A program made the position numbers and the translations under genes. A DNA stretch of 32,000 nucleotides from Luteitalea sp. (lineage in GTDB: Bacteria; Acidobacteriota; Vicinamibacteria; Vicinamibacterales; Vicinamibacteraceae), in the NCBI GenBank assembly GCA_046593715.1, contig JBKJQW010000052.1, positions 28,595 through 60,594 of the forward strand, read 5' to 3'. This document shows positions 1-8,689 of this stretch, one piece after another (positions within the stretch are counted from its first letter, which is position 1; every line of letters starts with the position of its first letter). Under the pieces are notes generated by a model. That model saw only the letters and a program-made list of their open reading frames with translations. It was not told the DNA's origin and searched no databases.

Positions 1-758
1 GGCAGCGCCACGCTGGACTGGCCGCGCAACTCCACCAGATCGGTGATGTCAGCGGTCGGCTGCATGAAGACCGTGACGCTGTCGCCCGAGAGCGTCTGTC
101 CGTCCCGCACCACCGAGGCGGCATCCTGCAGGCGGATGTAGCGGTCGGCCCGCGCGAAGCCAGCCGACCCCGCCTTCATGTGCATCTCGCCCTGGCCTCG
201 CGGGTCACGCGCGATATCGATCCGCGCCTGTTCCAACATCCACAGCACGTCGCGGGCGTTGTCGTAGGTGGCCCCCACCGAGGACCCGGTCATGCGCGCT
301 TTCGTGAACGCCACGCTGCCCGGGATGCGGATGATGCCGTCGCCCGCGTCGTAGGTCGCTTCGGGGCCGGTCATCGTGAGGGCATCGGTGGTGACCAGCC
401 TGACATGGCCGGTGAGGCGCACCTGGGCATTGTCCTTGGCGACTTCGGCCTCGTCGCCACGGATGGTGAAGCCGCGTCGGTCCTCACGCGCCGGCACGGT
501 GACGACCACCGACTGGAAGACGGTGCGACCGTCGGGATAGGTCCGCAGCCCCTGGTGCTGCAGGTCCATGTCGCGGGCCTCGCCACGGGTCCGGGTGATC
601 AACCCGCCGCTGGACTCGACGACCGCGTTGGGGTCGGTCCGCGGGTCGGAGACGTCACCGCCGACGACCGAACGTCCTCGCAGTTGGAGACCGAGCCAGA
701 CGGCAAAGCCGATGGCAAAGGCCGCCAGCAGGGCCCTGACCAGTGTGTGCGGGCGCAT
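1..758 (-). CDS. OstA/LptC-like LPS-transport domain protein with N-terminal membrane anchor; its 3' end lies beyond the left window edge
   Basis: This gene is absent from the ORF track because its frame runs off the window. My own minus-strand translation from the ATG (CAT at 756-758) gives MRPHTLVRALLAAFAIGFAVWLGLQLRGRSVVGGDVSDPRTDPNAVVESSGGLITRTRGEARDMDLQHQGLRTYPDGRTVFQSVVVTVPAREDRRGFTIRGDEAEVAKDNAQVRLTGHVRLVTTDALTMTGPEATYDAGDGIIRIPGSVAFTKARMTGSSVGATYDNARDVLWMLEQ... The frame is open for 252 codons with strongly G/C-biased third positions. It has one N-terminal hydrophobic helix followed by short beta-strand-like segments, as in LptC/LptA. The family call rests on pattern recollection only. 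The ATG shares one base with the recJ stop (TGATG). Confidence 0.55.
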   Translation of the reverse strand, partial: MRPHTLVRALLAAFAIGFAVWLGLQLRGRSVVGGDVSDPRTDPNAVVESSGGLITRTRGEARDMDLQHQGLRTYPDGRTVFQSVVVTVPAREDRRGFTIRGDEAEVAKDNAQVRLTGHVRLVTTDALTMTGPEATYDAGDGIIRIPGSVAFTKARMTGSSVGATYDNARDVLWMLEQARIDIARDPRGQGEMHMKAGSAGFARADRYIRLQDAASVVRDGQTLSGDSVTVFMQPTADITDLVELRGQSSVAL

Positions 759-2497
759 CAGGCCGGCCCCGGCGAGGCAGGCGGCTCCGGGCAGCGCAGG
801 TCGGCCACCGTGAGTTCGAGCGTGGTCTCGCCCCGGAACGTCTGCTTGTCCAGCGAGTACGCCAGGCGCAGCGACTGCCGGTGCTGCTCCCACTGCGCGG
901 CCTTCTCGGCGGCACGCCAGGCGATGGCGTTGAAGACCCGCCCATCCTGCCGGACCTGCACCTTGAGATGCCGCTCCTTGATGCGCCGCGGCGTGCCAAG
1001 CAACTCGACGCCCGTGGCGTCAAACACCGGCTTGGCGTTGGCCAGGCCGAACGGGGCCATCTGCGCGAGGCCCGCGACCACTCGTGTGTCGATCCCCGAC
1101 AGCCGGAGCTCGCCGTCGATGCGCAGGCGCGGCATGAGGTCAGTGGGCTCGAGGCAGGCCAGGCCGTGCGCGCCCATGCGGTCTCGCAACTCCGGGATGC
1201 GCGCGGCATCCATCGTCAGTCCGGCAGCCTGCTTGTGGCCACCGTACTTCTCGAACAGGTCGGCACAGCGGTCCAGGGCGCCGAGCATGTCGAAGGCCGC
1301 AATGGAACGGCACGAGCCGTGCGCGATGCCGTCCTCGATCGACAGGACGATCGAGGGCTTGTAGAAGGCATCGACCAGCTTGGAGGCGACAATCCCGATG
1401 ACCCCGCGATGCCAGCCCTCCCCGGCCACGACCAGGACGTTGTGCGCGCCGATGCGGACGTCGGTCTCGACCAGCTTCTTGGCCTCGATGACGATCTCGG
1501 CTTCGTAGGCCTGGCGGCGGGTGTTCTCTTCACCGAGCTGTGCTGCCAGCTGCCGCACGTCATCGAGCTGGGCCTCGTCACTGGCCAGCAACAGGCGCGT
1601 CGCCAGATCGGGCGTGCTCATGCGGCCGGCGGCGTTGACACGCGGGGCGATGACGAACGCGACATGGAAGCCGTCGATGACCTGATTCTGCAGGCCTGCC
1701 GATTCCAGCAGGGTCCGCAGGCCCACCGTGTGCGGCCCCTGCGACAGCCGCTCCAGTCCGAGCTTGGCGATGATCCGGTTCTCGCCGACCAGCGGCACCA
1801 TGTCGGCGACCGTGCCAATCGCGGCCAATTTGAGGAACGCCGGCAGCCACTTCTCGCGGTGAAAACGCTGGCACAGGGCCTGTACGACCTTGAAGGCCAC
1901 ACCGACGCCGGCCAGGTGCTGGTCCGGGTACGTGCAGTCAGCACGTTTGGGATTGATCACGGCCAAGGCCTTTGGCAGTTCGGCTTCGGGTTCGTGATGG
2001 TCGGTGATGATCAGGTCGACGCCGAGTTCGCGCGCCCGACGCGCGGCATCGGCGCTGCGAATCCCGCAGTCCACCGAGACGATCACCCGCACGCCCTCGG
2101 CATGCAGCCGCTCGACGGCCGGCACCTGCAGGCCGTAGCCATCGCGCAATCGCTCCGGGATGAAGTGTGTGACGTCGCCGCCCAGCAGCTCCAGCGCCCG
2201 CCGCAGGATCACCGTCGAGGTGACGCCATCGACGTCGTAGTCGCCGTGAATGGCAATCCGCTCGCGCCGTTCGAGGGCCGCGCAGAGGCGCTCGATCGCC
2301 GGCCGCATGTCGGCCAGCAGGTAGGGGTCGTGCAGCTGCGAGAGTTGCGGATACAGGAAGCGATGGGCGGCATCGGGTTCGCCGTGGCCGCGGTGACAGA
2401 GCAGGCGGGCCACGACGGGCGACACGTCGAGCGCGGCGGCCAGCGACTGGGCGGCCGGCTCGTCGCACGTGACGGGATCCCAGATCAACGTCCTCAT
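758..2497 (-). CDS. recJ: Single-stranded-DNA-specific exonuclease RecJ (579 aa)
   Basis: I trimmed ORF 758..2692 to the internal ATG at 2497 (MRTLIWDPVTCDEPAAQSLAAALDVSPVVARLL). DHH-family motifs are present: HGDYDVDGVTS, ITDHHEP and GGHKQAAG. The length is typical of RecJ. The 65 upstream codons are Arg/Ser/Pro-rich and overlap accA. Confidence 0.93.
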   Translation of the reverse strand: MRTLIWDPVTCDEPAAQSLAAALDVSPVVARLLCHRGHGEPDAAHRFLYPQLSQLHDPYLLADMRPAIERLCAALERRERIAIHGDYDVDGVTSTVILRRALELLGGDVTHFIPERLRDGYGLQVPAVERLHAEGVRVIVSVDCGIRSADAARRARELGVDLIITDHHEPEAELPKALAVINPKRADCTYPDQHLAGVGVAFKVVQALCQRFHREKWLPAFLKLAAIGTVADMVPLVGENRIIAKLGLERLSQGPHTVGLRTLLESAGLQNQVIDGFHVAFVIAPRVNAAGRMSTPDLATRLLLASDEAQLDDVRQLAAQLGEENTRRQAYEAEIVIEAKKLVETDVRIGAHNVLVVAGEGWHRGVIGIVASKLVDAFYKPSIVLSIEDGIAHGSCRSIAAFDMLGALDRCADLFEKYGGHKQAAGLTMDAARIPELRDRMGAHGLACLEPTDLMPRLRIDGELRLSGIDTRVVAGLAQMAPFGLANAKPVFDATGVELLGTPRRIKERHLKVQVRQDGRVFNAIAWRAAEKAAQWEQHRQSLRLAYSLDKQTFRGETTLELTVADLRCPEPPASPGPA

Positions 2498-2522
2498 GGC
2501 GCGGCGCACCCGTCGGGCGGGG

Positions 2523-3494
2523 TCAGGAGGCCGTTCCCGAGATCTCGGCCCCGAGGCGGCCGATGCGGCGGAACTTCGCGTACCGGCGCTCGAGTCGCTC
2601 CGCGTCGGGCATCGCCAGCAACCGCTGCAACTCGGGCCACAAGGCCTCGTCCAGACGGGCGGACGCGAAGTCGTAGTCCTGATGCGCCCCACCGGGCGGT
2701 TCGGGGATGATGCCGTCGACGATCTCGAGGGCCATGAGGTCGGGTGCGGTCATCTTCAGCGCATCGGCGGCCTCGACCTTCTTGGACGCATCGCGCCACA
2801 GGATCGCGGCGCATCCTTCGGGCGGGATCACGCTGTAGACCGCGTATTCCTGCATCAGGACGGTGTCGCCGATGGCGATGCCGAGCGCCCCGCCACTCCC
2901 GCCCTCGCCGGTGACCACGACCAGGACCGGGGTGTTCAGCACGGCCATCTCGCGAAGGTTGACGGCGATCGCCTCGGCGATGCCACGCTCTTCGCTCTCC
3001 ATGCCGGGATAGGCCGCCGGGGTGTCGACCAGGCAGATCACCGGCCGGCGACATTTCTCGGCCATCTTCATGGCCCGGAGCGCCTTGCGGTAACCCTCAG
3101 GGCGCGCGTAGCCGAAGTTGCGCGTGATCTTCTGTTTGGTGTCGCGGCCCTTCTGATGGCCGACGATCAGGACCGGCTGGTCGTGGTACTGGGCATACCC
3201 GGTGACGATGGCCTGGTCGTCGCCGAATCGCCGGTCGCCGTGAATCTCCGTGAAGCCCGGCCACAGGCGCGCGACGTAGTCGAGAAGGTAGGGCCGCTGC
3301 GGATGCCGGGCCACGAGCACCCGTTGCCAGGGCGTGAGGCGCGCGAACAGATCCTGTCGGACCTGGCGGGCCCGGTGATGGAGCCTGGCAATCTCGCCGG
3401 CCCGCTCTGGAGTCGCAGGCTGGCTGTCGAGCTGGGCGATTTCCTTGAGGAGTGCAGCGACGGGCTCCTCGAACTCGAGGGTGTCCACGGACAT
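2523..3494 (-). CDS. accA: Acetyl-CoA carboxylase carboxyltransferase alpha subunit (323 aa)
   Basis: I trimmed ORF 2523..3650 to the ATG at 3494 (MSVDTLEFEEPVAALLKEIAQL). The AccA signature runs throughout: RHPQRPYLLDY, GDRRFGDDQAIVTGYA, GRDTKQKITRNFG, TPAAYPGMESEERG, VTGEGGSGGALGI. It lies 10 nt downstream of dnaE, the same dnaE-accA adjacency seen in E. coli. Confidence 0.95.
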   Translation of the reverse strand: MSVDTLEFEEPVAALLKEIAQLDSQPATPERAGEIARLHHRARQVRQDLFARLTPWQRVLVARHPQRPYLLDYVARLWPGFTEIHGDRRFGDDQAIVTGYAQYHDQPVLIVGHQKGRDTKQKITRNFGYARPEGYRKALRAMKMAEKCRRPVICLVDTPAAYPGMESEERGIAEAIAVNLREMAVLNTPVLVVVTGEGGSGGALGIAIGDTVLMQEYAVYSVIPPEGCAAILWRDASKKVEAADALKMTAPDLMALEIVDGIIPEPPGGAHQDYDFASARLDEALWPELQRLLAMPDAERLERRYAKFRRIGRLGAEISGTAS

Positions 3495-3504
3495 GAGGGT
3501 CAGG

Positions 3505-6500
3505 TTACCGCAGTTTGACGGCGCCGACCCCGCACACGCGCTCGAGGTCGGCCACCAGTTGCTCGGAGGGCCGCACGTGCACGGCGCCCAGTTCGGCACG
3601 CACCCGCATCGGCCGCGGCAGATCCCGAATCTCGACGTCGAGACGCACACGCCGGTCGCCGCGATGTCGCAGCAGCACGTCGGCCACGGCCTCGAACATC
3701 ATGCGTGACGGGGTCTTCAATGAAATCGCCACCTCGCGCGAGAGGGTCTCGTTGAGCGAGGACAGCGGCTTGACCTCGCTGGCCAGGATCTTGGCCGTGT
3801 CGCCACCTCCCGCCTCGAGCTTGCCGCGCACCAGCACCATGCGGTCGTTCTCGATGACGTGCGCGAAGTTGCGGAAGGTCTCCGGGAAGGCCACCACCTC
3901 CAGCGAGGCGTCGAGATCCTCGAGCATGAAGGCCGCCATCCGATCACCCTTCTTGGTTTTGACCTGGCGGACCCCGCTGATGATGCCGCCGACCAGTACG
4001 TCGGCGGCGGCTTCGATGCATTGGGCAATCGGACGCGCACCGGCCTTGGCCAGGTCATCCTGGTGCGCCGCCAGCGGATGGCCGCTCAGGTACAGACCGA
4101 GCGCCTCCTTTTCAAAGGCCAGGACCTGCGCATGGGCGAACGGCTCGGCGTCGGGCAGCGCCAGACTGGCGGCGCTCTCGGCAGCGCCTCCGTCGCCATC
4201 GCCAGCGCTGCCCAGCAATGCGTCGAACAACTGCGTCTGTCCGCGCTCGCGATCTTTCTGGATGCGGTTGCCGTGCTCGAGCGCGCGGTCGATGGCCGCG
4301 CACAGGCGGGCGCGGCGGGAGGTGGTCGGTTCGTCGGGCGGCGCCAGCGAGTCGAGGGCGCCCGCCTTGGCCAGACTCTCGAGGACCCGCTTGTTCACGA
4401 GGCGCAGGTCGGCGTGCTCGCACAGGGTGCGCATCGAGGCCAGCTGGCCACCGCGCTCGGTGCGGACGCCGAGAATGGACAGGATGGCCCCCTCGCCGAC
4501 GTTCTTGACCGCGGTCAGGCCGAAGCGAACGCCATCGGGTTCCACCGTGAAGGGCAGCTGACTGAGGTTGACGTCGGGAGGCAGGACCGGGACACCGAGG
4601 TCGCGGCATTCGCCAAGGTACTGCGACAGCTTGTCGGTGTTCTGTGCCTCGATGGTCAACAGCGCCGCCATGAAGTAGCGCGGGTAGTTGGCCTTGAGGT
4701 ACCCGGTCTGATAGGCGAGCAGCGCGTAGGTGGTCGAGTGCGACTTGTTGAAGCCGTACCCGGCGAAGTAGGCCAGCAGGTCGAAGATCTCGCCGGCCTT
4801 CTTCTCCGACAGCTTGTTGGCCATGGCGCCGTGCACGAAGCGATCGCGCTGGGCCGCCATCACCTTGGGGTCCTTCTTGCCCATCGCCTTGCGCAGGACG
4901 TCGGCCTCGCCCATCGTGAAGCCGCCCACGTCACGCGCCACCCGCATGACCTGCTCCTGATAGGCGATGACCCCGTAGGTATCGCTGAGGATCGCCTCCA
5001 TCTGCGGGGCCATGTAGGTGATCGCCTCGCGGCCGTGCCGGCGATTGACGAAGCTGTCGACGACCCCGGCGCCGAGCGGTCCCGGCCGGTACAGCGCGTT
5101 GAGGGCGATCAGGTCGTCGAAGCGGGACGGCCGGGCCTTGCGCAGCACCTCGCGCATGCCCGAGGACTCGAACTGGAAGACGCCGGCGGTGAGGCCGTCG
5201 GCAAACAGCGCGTAGGTCTTGAGGTCGTCCAGCGGGATCGCGTCGATGTCCAGCGTCTCGCCGGTCGTCCGCTTGATCTCCTTCAACGCGTCGTCGATGA
5301 GGGTCAGCGTGCTGAGTCCGAGGAAGTCCATCTTGAGGAGGCCCATCCTCTCGATTTCCTTCATCGCCCACTGCGTGACGATTTCATCGCGCGCCCCCTT
5401 GTACAGCGGGGCGTAGTCGGTGATGGCGCTGGGGGCGATGACCACACCGGCGGCGTGCACCGAGGCGTGGCGGGTCATGCCCTCGAGCCGCTGGCCGATC
5501 TCGAGCAACTCGCGCACCTTGGGGTCGCTGTCGCGCAGCTGCTTGAGCACCGGGTTCTCGAGCAGCGCCTTTTCGAGGGTCATGTCGAGGGCCGGCGGGA
5601 TCAGCTTGGCCACCCGGTCGACGTCGGCATACGTCATGTCCAGGACCCGGCCGACGTCGCGCACCACGGCCTTGGCCTTCATCGTCCCGAAGGTGATGAT
5701 CTGGGCGACGTTCTCGCGCCCGTACTTGCGCGTGACGTACTCGATCACCTCGCCCCGCCGGCGCTCGCAGAAGTCGATGTCGATGTCGGGCATCGAGACG
5801 CGCTCGGGATTGAGGAAGCGCTCGAAGATCAGGTCGAACTCGATCGGGTCGACGTCGGTGATCCGGAGGCACCAGGCGACCACGCTGCCGGCCGCCGAGC
5901 CGCGGCCCGGCCCGACCGGGATGCCTTGCTCCCGGGCGTAGCGGATGAAGTCCCAGACGATCAGGAAGTACCCGGTGTACCCCATCTTCTGGATCATCGC
6001 GATCTCGTAGTCGAGGCGCGTCGCGTACTCGTCCAGGGTGTGCCGCAGGGCACGGCGGCTGATCAGGTCCTGCAGCCGTGGCAGGCGTGTCGCGAAGCCT
6101 TGGCGCGTGATGCGCTCGAAGTGGCCGTCGAGGGTCTCCCCGGCCGGCACGTCGAAGTTGGGCAGGTGGTAGACCTTGTCGTCCAGATCGACGTGACAGC
6201 GCTCGGCGATGCGCGCGGTGTTGGTCAGCGCATCCGGGTAGTCACCGAAACGCTCCCACATCTGCTCGGGAGTCTTCAGGTAGAACTCGTCGGATCCGTA
6301 CTTCAGCCGATGCGTGTCGTTGACCGACTTGCCGGTGCCGATGCAGAGCAGGATGTCGTGCGGCTTGTGGTCCCCGTTGCGCAGGTAGTGGACGTCATTG
6401 GTAACCACCATCGGCAGATCGAGTTCGCGGGCCAGGCCCGGCAGACCGTCGTTGACGATCTTCTGCTCGCGCAGCCCCTGGTACTGCATCTCGAGGAAGA

Positions 6501-7011
6501 AGTTGCCCTTGCCGAAGATCTCGCCGTACTGGCCCGCCGCGGTCCGCGCCTTTTCGATCCGGTCCTTGTAGATGCCTTCGGCGACTTCGCCCTTCAGACA
6601 GCTGCTCAACCCGATCAGTCCGGCGCTGTGTTGCTGCAGCAGCGCCTTGTCGATGCGCGGCTTGTAGTAGAAACCCTCGGTGTAGCCCGACGACACCAGC
6701 TTGATCAGGTTGTGGTACCCGACGTTGTTCTCGGCCAGCAGCACCAGGTGGTTCTGGGTCTCGCCGGGGACACCGCTGCGGTCACGGCGGTCGCCGGGGG
6801 CGACGTAGACCTCGCAGCCCAGGATCGGCCGAACGCCGTATTTCTTGGCCGTGTCGTAGAACACGACCGACGAGAACATGTTGCCGTGCTCGGTCACCGC
6901 CAGCGACGGCATGCCGAGCCGCGCCGCCTCCTTCATCAGCTCGTCGACGCGGCAGGCGCCGTCGAGCAGGGAGTACTCGGTGTGCAGGTGAAGATGGACG
7001 AAATCTTTCAC
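3505..7011 (-). CDS. dnaE: DNA polymerase III alpha subunit (1168 aa)
   Basis: The start is GTG at 7011. There is an N-terminal PHP domain (FVHLHLHTEYSLLDGA), the polymerase core (PDIDIDFC, GLLKMDFLGL), and an internal clamp motif QTQLF at residues 925-929 (nt 4225-4239). The stop is TAA at 3505-3507. Confidence 0.97.
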   Translation of the reverse strand: MKDFVHLHLHTEYSLLDGACRVDELMKEAARLGMPSLAVTEHGNMFSSVVFYDTAKKYGVRPILGCEVYVAPGDRRDRSGVPGETQNHLVLLAENNVGYHNLIKLVSSGYTEGFYYKPRIDKALLQQHSAGLIGLSSCLKGEVAEGIYKDRIEKARTAAGQYGEIFGKGNFFLEMQYQGLREQKIVNDGLPGLARELDLPMVVTNDVHYLRNGDHKPHDILLCIGTGKSVNDTHRLKYGSDEFYLKTPEQMWERFGDYPDALTNTARIAERCHVDLDDKVYHLPNFDVPAGETLDGHFERITRQGFATRLPRLQDLISRRALRHTLDEYATRLDYEIAMIQKMGYTGYFLIVWDFIRYAREQGIPVGPGRGSAAGSVVAWCLRITDVDPIEFDLIFERFLNPERVSMPDIDIDFCERRRGEVIEYVTRKYGRENVAQIITFGTMKAKAVVRDVGRVLDMTYADVDRVAKLIPPALDMTLEKALLENPVLKQLRDSDPKVRELLEIGQRLEGMTRHASVHAAGVVIAPSAITDYAPLYKGARDEIVTQWAMKEIERMGLLKMDFLGLSTLTLIDDALKEIKRTTGETLDIDAIPLDDLKTYALFADGLTAGVFQFESSGMREVLRKARPSRFDDLIALNALYRPGPLGAGVVDSFVNRRHGREAITYMAPQMEAILSDTYGVIAYQEQVMRVARDVGGFTMGEADVLRKAMGKKDPKVMAAQRDRFVHGAMANKLSEKKAGEIFDLLAYFAGYGFNKSHSTTYALLAYQTGYLKANYPRYFMAALLTIEAQNTDKLSQYLGECRDLGVPVLPPDVNLSQLPFTVEPDGVRFGLTAVKNVGEGAILSILGVRTERGGQLASMRTLCEHADLRLVNKRVLESLAKAGALDSLAPPDEPTTSRRARLCAAIDRALEHGNRIQKDRERGQTQLFDALLGSAGDGDGGAAESAASLALPDAEPFAHAQVLAFEKEALGLYLSGHPLAAHQDDLAKAGARPIAQCIEAAADVLVGGIISGVRQVKTKKGDRMAAFMLEDLDASLEVVAFPETFRNFAHVIENDRMVLVRGKLEAGGGDTAKILASEVKPLSSLNETLSREVAISLKTPSRMMFEAVADVLLRHRGDRRVRLDVEIRDLPRPMRVRAELGAVHVRPSEQLVADLERVCGVGAVKLR

Positions 7012-7018
7012 GCGGGCC

Positions 7019-8605
7019 CTACTCCCACTCGATCGTGCTTGGTGGTTTGCTGCTGATGTCGTAGACCACGCGATTGAGGCCCCGGACCTCGTTGATGATG
7101 CGGCTGGAGACCCGCTTCAGCAACGCGTAGGGCAGCGGCGCCCAGTCGGCGGTCATGAAGTCGGTCGTGTGCACGGCGCGCAGCGCCACCACATGTTCGT
7201 AGGTGCGGCCATCGCCCATGACGCCCACACTGCGGACCGGGAGGAAGACCGCGAACGCCTGGCTGGTCAGCTCGTACCAGGTCTTGCCTGTCGCGTCGTC
7301 ACGCGTCCTGCGCAGTTCGTCGATGAAGATGTCGTCGGCGCGCCTGAGCAGATCGGCGTACTCCGCCTTGACCTCCCCGAGGATGCGCACGCCAAGGCCC
7401 GGGCCAGGAAACGGGTGCCGGTAGACCATCTCCGGCGGCAGCCCCAGCACCAGGCCGAGCTCGCGGACTTCATCCTTGAACAGCTCGCGCAGCGGCTCGA
7501 GCAGCGACAGGCCGAGCGTCTCGGGGAGCCCGCCGACGTTGTGATGGCTCTTGATCGTCTGCGACTTCCTGGTCTTGGCTCCGCCCGATTCGACGACGTC
7601 GGGGTAGATCGTGCCCTGCGCCAGCCACCTGGCGCCGCTCAGCGAGGCGGCTTCAGCCTGGAAGACCTCGACGAACTCGCGGCCGATGATCTTGCGCTTG
7701 GCCTCGGGATCGGTCACGCCCGCCAGCGCGCCGAGGAACTGGGCGGCCGCCTCGACGTGCCGGACCCTGGCCTGCAGACGGCCGACGAACATCTCCATCA
7801 CCAGCGCCGCCTCGTTCAGGCGCAAGAGACCGTGGTCGACGAAGACGCAGGTCAGCTGGTCGCCAATCGCCCGGTGGATGAGCGCCGCCGCGACGCTCGA
7901 GTCAACCCCACCCGACAGCCCGAGCACCACCTGGTCCTGCCCCACCTGCTCGCGAATGCGCGCCACCGCCTCGGTGACGTAGTCGCCCATCCGCCAGTCC
8001 CCGCGCCCGCCACAGATATCGCGGACGAAACGGCTCAGGATGGCCTGGCCCTGGAGCGTGTGGGTGACCTCGGGATGGAACTGCAGCGCGTAGTACCCAC
8101 GCATCTCGTCGGCCATTCCGGCAATCGGACAACTGGGGGTGGACGCCAGCAACCGGAATCCCGGGGGCATCGCCACGACCGAGTCACCGTGGCTCATCCA
8201 TACCTGGAGCATGCCGTGCCCCTCCGGCGAACGGAAGTCCTCGACATCCTCGAGCAGCTTGGTGTGCCCGTGGGCGCGCACTTCCGCGTAGCCGAACTCC
8301 CGGTGGCCGCTCCAGGCGACCGAGCCCCCGAGCTGCGCCGCCATCGTCTGCATGCCGTAGCAGATGCCGAGCACGGGCACCGCGCTGTCCCACACCGCCT
8401 CGGGCGCCCGCAGCTGGTGGTCGTCGTAGGTACTGCCGTGGCTGCCCGACAGGATGATCCCGATCGGCGCGAGGCGGGCAATGACCTCTGGCGAGACGTC
8501 GTGCGGATGGATCTCGCAGTAGACGTGCGCCTCGCGGACGCGGCGCGCGATGAGCTGCGTCACCTGCGACCCGAAATCGAGGATCAGGACGGTCTGATGG
8601 GCCAT
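7019..8605 (-). CDS. guaA: Glutamine-hydrolysing GMP synthase (528 aa)
   Basis: I trimmed ORF 7019..9907 to the ATG at 8605 ([25 protein letters not shown]). Supporting motifs are the GATase Cys motif LGICYGMQ, the ATP-PPase P-loop SGGVDSS, and the C-terminus KPPSTIEWE. The upstream 434 codons of that ORF are antisense shadow over the neighbouring plus-strand gene. Confidence 0.96.
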   Translation of the reverse strand: MAHQTVLILDFGSQVTQLIARRVREAHVYCEIHPHDVSPEVIARLAPIGIILSGSHGSTYDDHQLRAPEAVWDSAVPVLGICYGMQTMAAQLGGSVAWSGHREFGYAEVRAHGHTKLLEDVEDFRSPEGHGMLQVWMSHGDSVVAMPPGFRLLASTPSCPIAGMADEMRGYYALQFHPEVTHTLQGQAILSRFVRDICGGRGDWRMGDYVTEAVARIREQVGQDQVVLGLSGGVDSSVAAALIHRAIGDQLTCVFVDHGLLRLNEAALVMEMFVGRLQARVRHVEAAAQFLGALAGVTDPEAKRKIIGREFVEVFQAEAASLSGARWLAQGTIYPDVVESGGAKTRKSQTIKSHHNVGGLPETLGLSLLEPLRELFKDEVRELGLVLGLPPEMVYRHPFPGPGLGVRILGEVKAEYADLLRRADDIFIDELRRTRDDATGKTWYELTSQAFAVFLPVRSVGVMGDGRTYEHVVALRAVHTTDFMTADWAPLPYALLKRVSSRIINEVRGLNRVVYDISSKPPSTIEWE

Positions 8606-8670
8606 GGAGGGCGCTGGGCGGAGATGCAGGACCGCCGAAGGTCGGAATGTCGAAAACCCCCGGCACGAAG

Positions 8671-8685
8671 CCGCTATTATAGCGG
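8671..8685. promoter_or_regulatory. AT-rich 15-bp perfect palindrome CCGCTAT-T-ATAGCGG carrying candidate -10 boxes on both strands
   Basis: The minus strand reads TATAAT (8681->8676), 70 nt upstream of the guaA ATG. The plus strand reads TATTAT (8675-8680) / TATAGC (8678-8683), 6-9 nt upstream of the ATG at 8690. This is the only AT-rich patch in the 84-nt divergent intergenic region. I saw no convincing -35 on either strand. Confidence 0.4.
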
Positions 8686-8689
8686 AGTG

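Noticed and set aside
743-2710. A 655-aa plus-strand ORF and several nested 100-180-aa ORFs over recJ.
   Set aside because: They have the same phase relationship to recJ (position 1 on recJ position 3, both congruent to 2 mod 3) and no recognisable domains. recJ itself carries complete DHH motifs.
3859-7056. A 1065-aa plus-strand ORF, the second-longest in the window.
   Set aside because: It lies entirely antisense to dnaE. Its codon position 1 coincides with dnaE codon position 3 (both are congruent to 1 mod 3). Because dnaE third positions are almost always G/C, T-initiated stop codons rarely arise on the opposite strand. The product is an Arg/Gly/Val/Asp/Leu-rich low-complexity translation with no motifs. 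This is a classic GC3 shadow ORF.
8651-8673. A small hairpin CGGC-TTCGT-GCCG followed by GGGGTTTTCG in the guaA leader (minus strand), a possible attenuator.
   Set aside because: The stem is only 4 bp and the U-run only 4 nt, which is too weak to call without covariation or Term-seq data.
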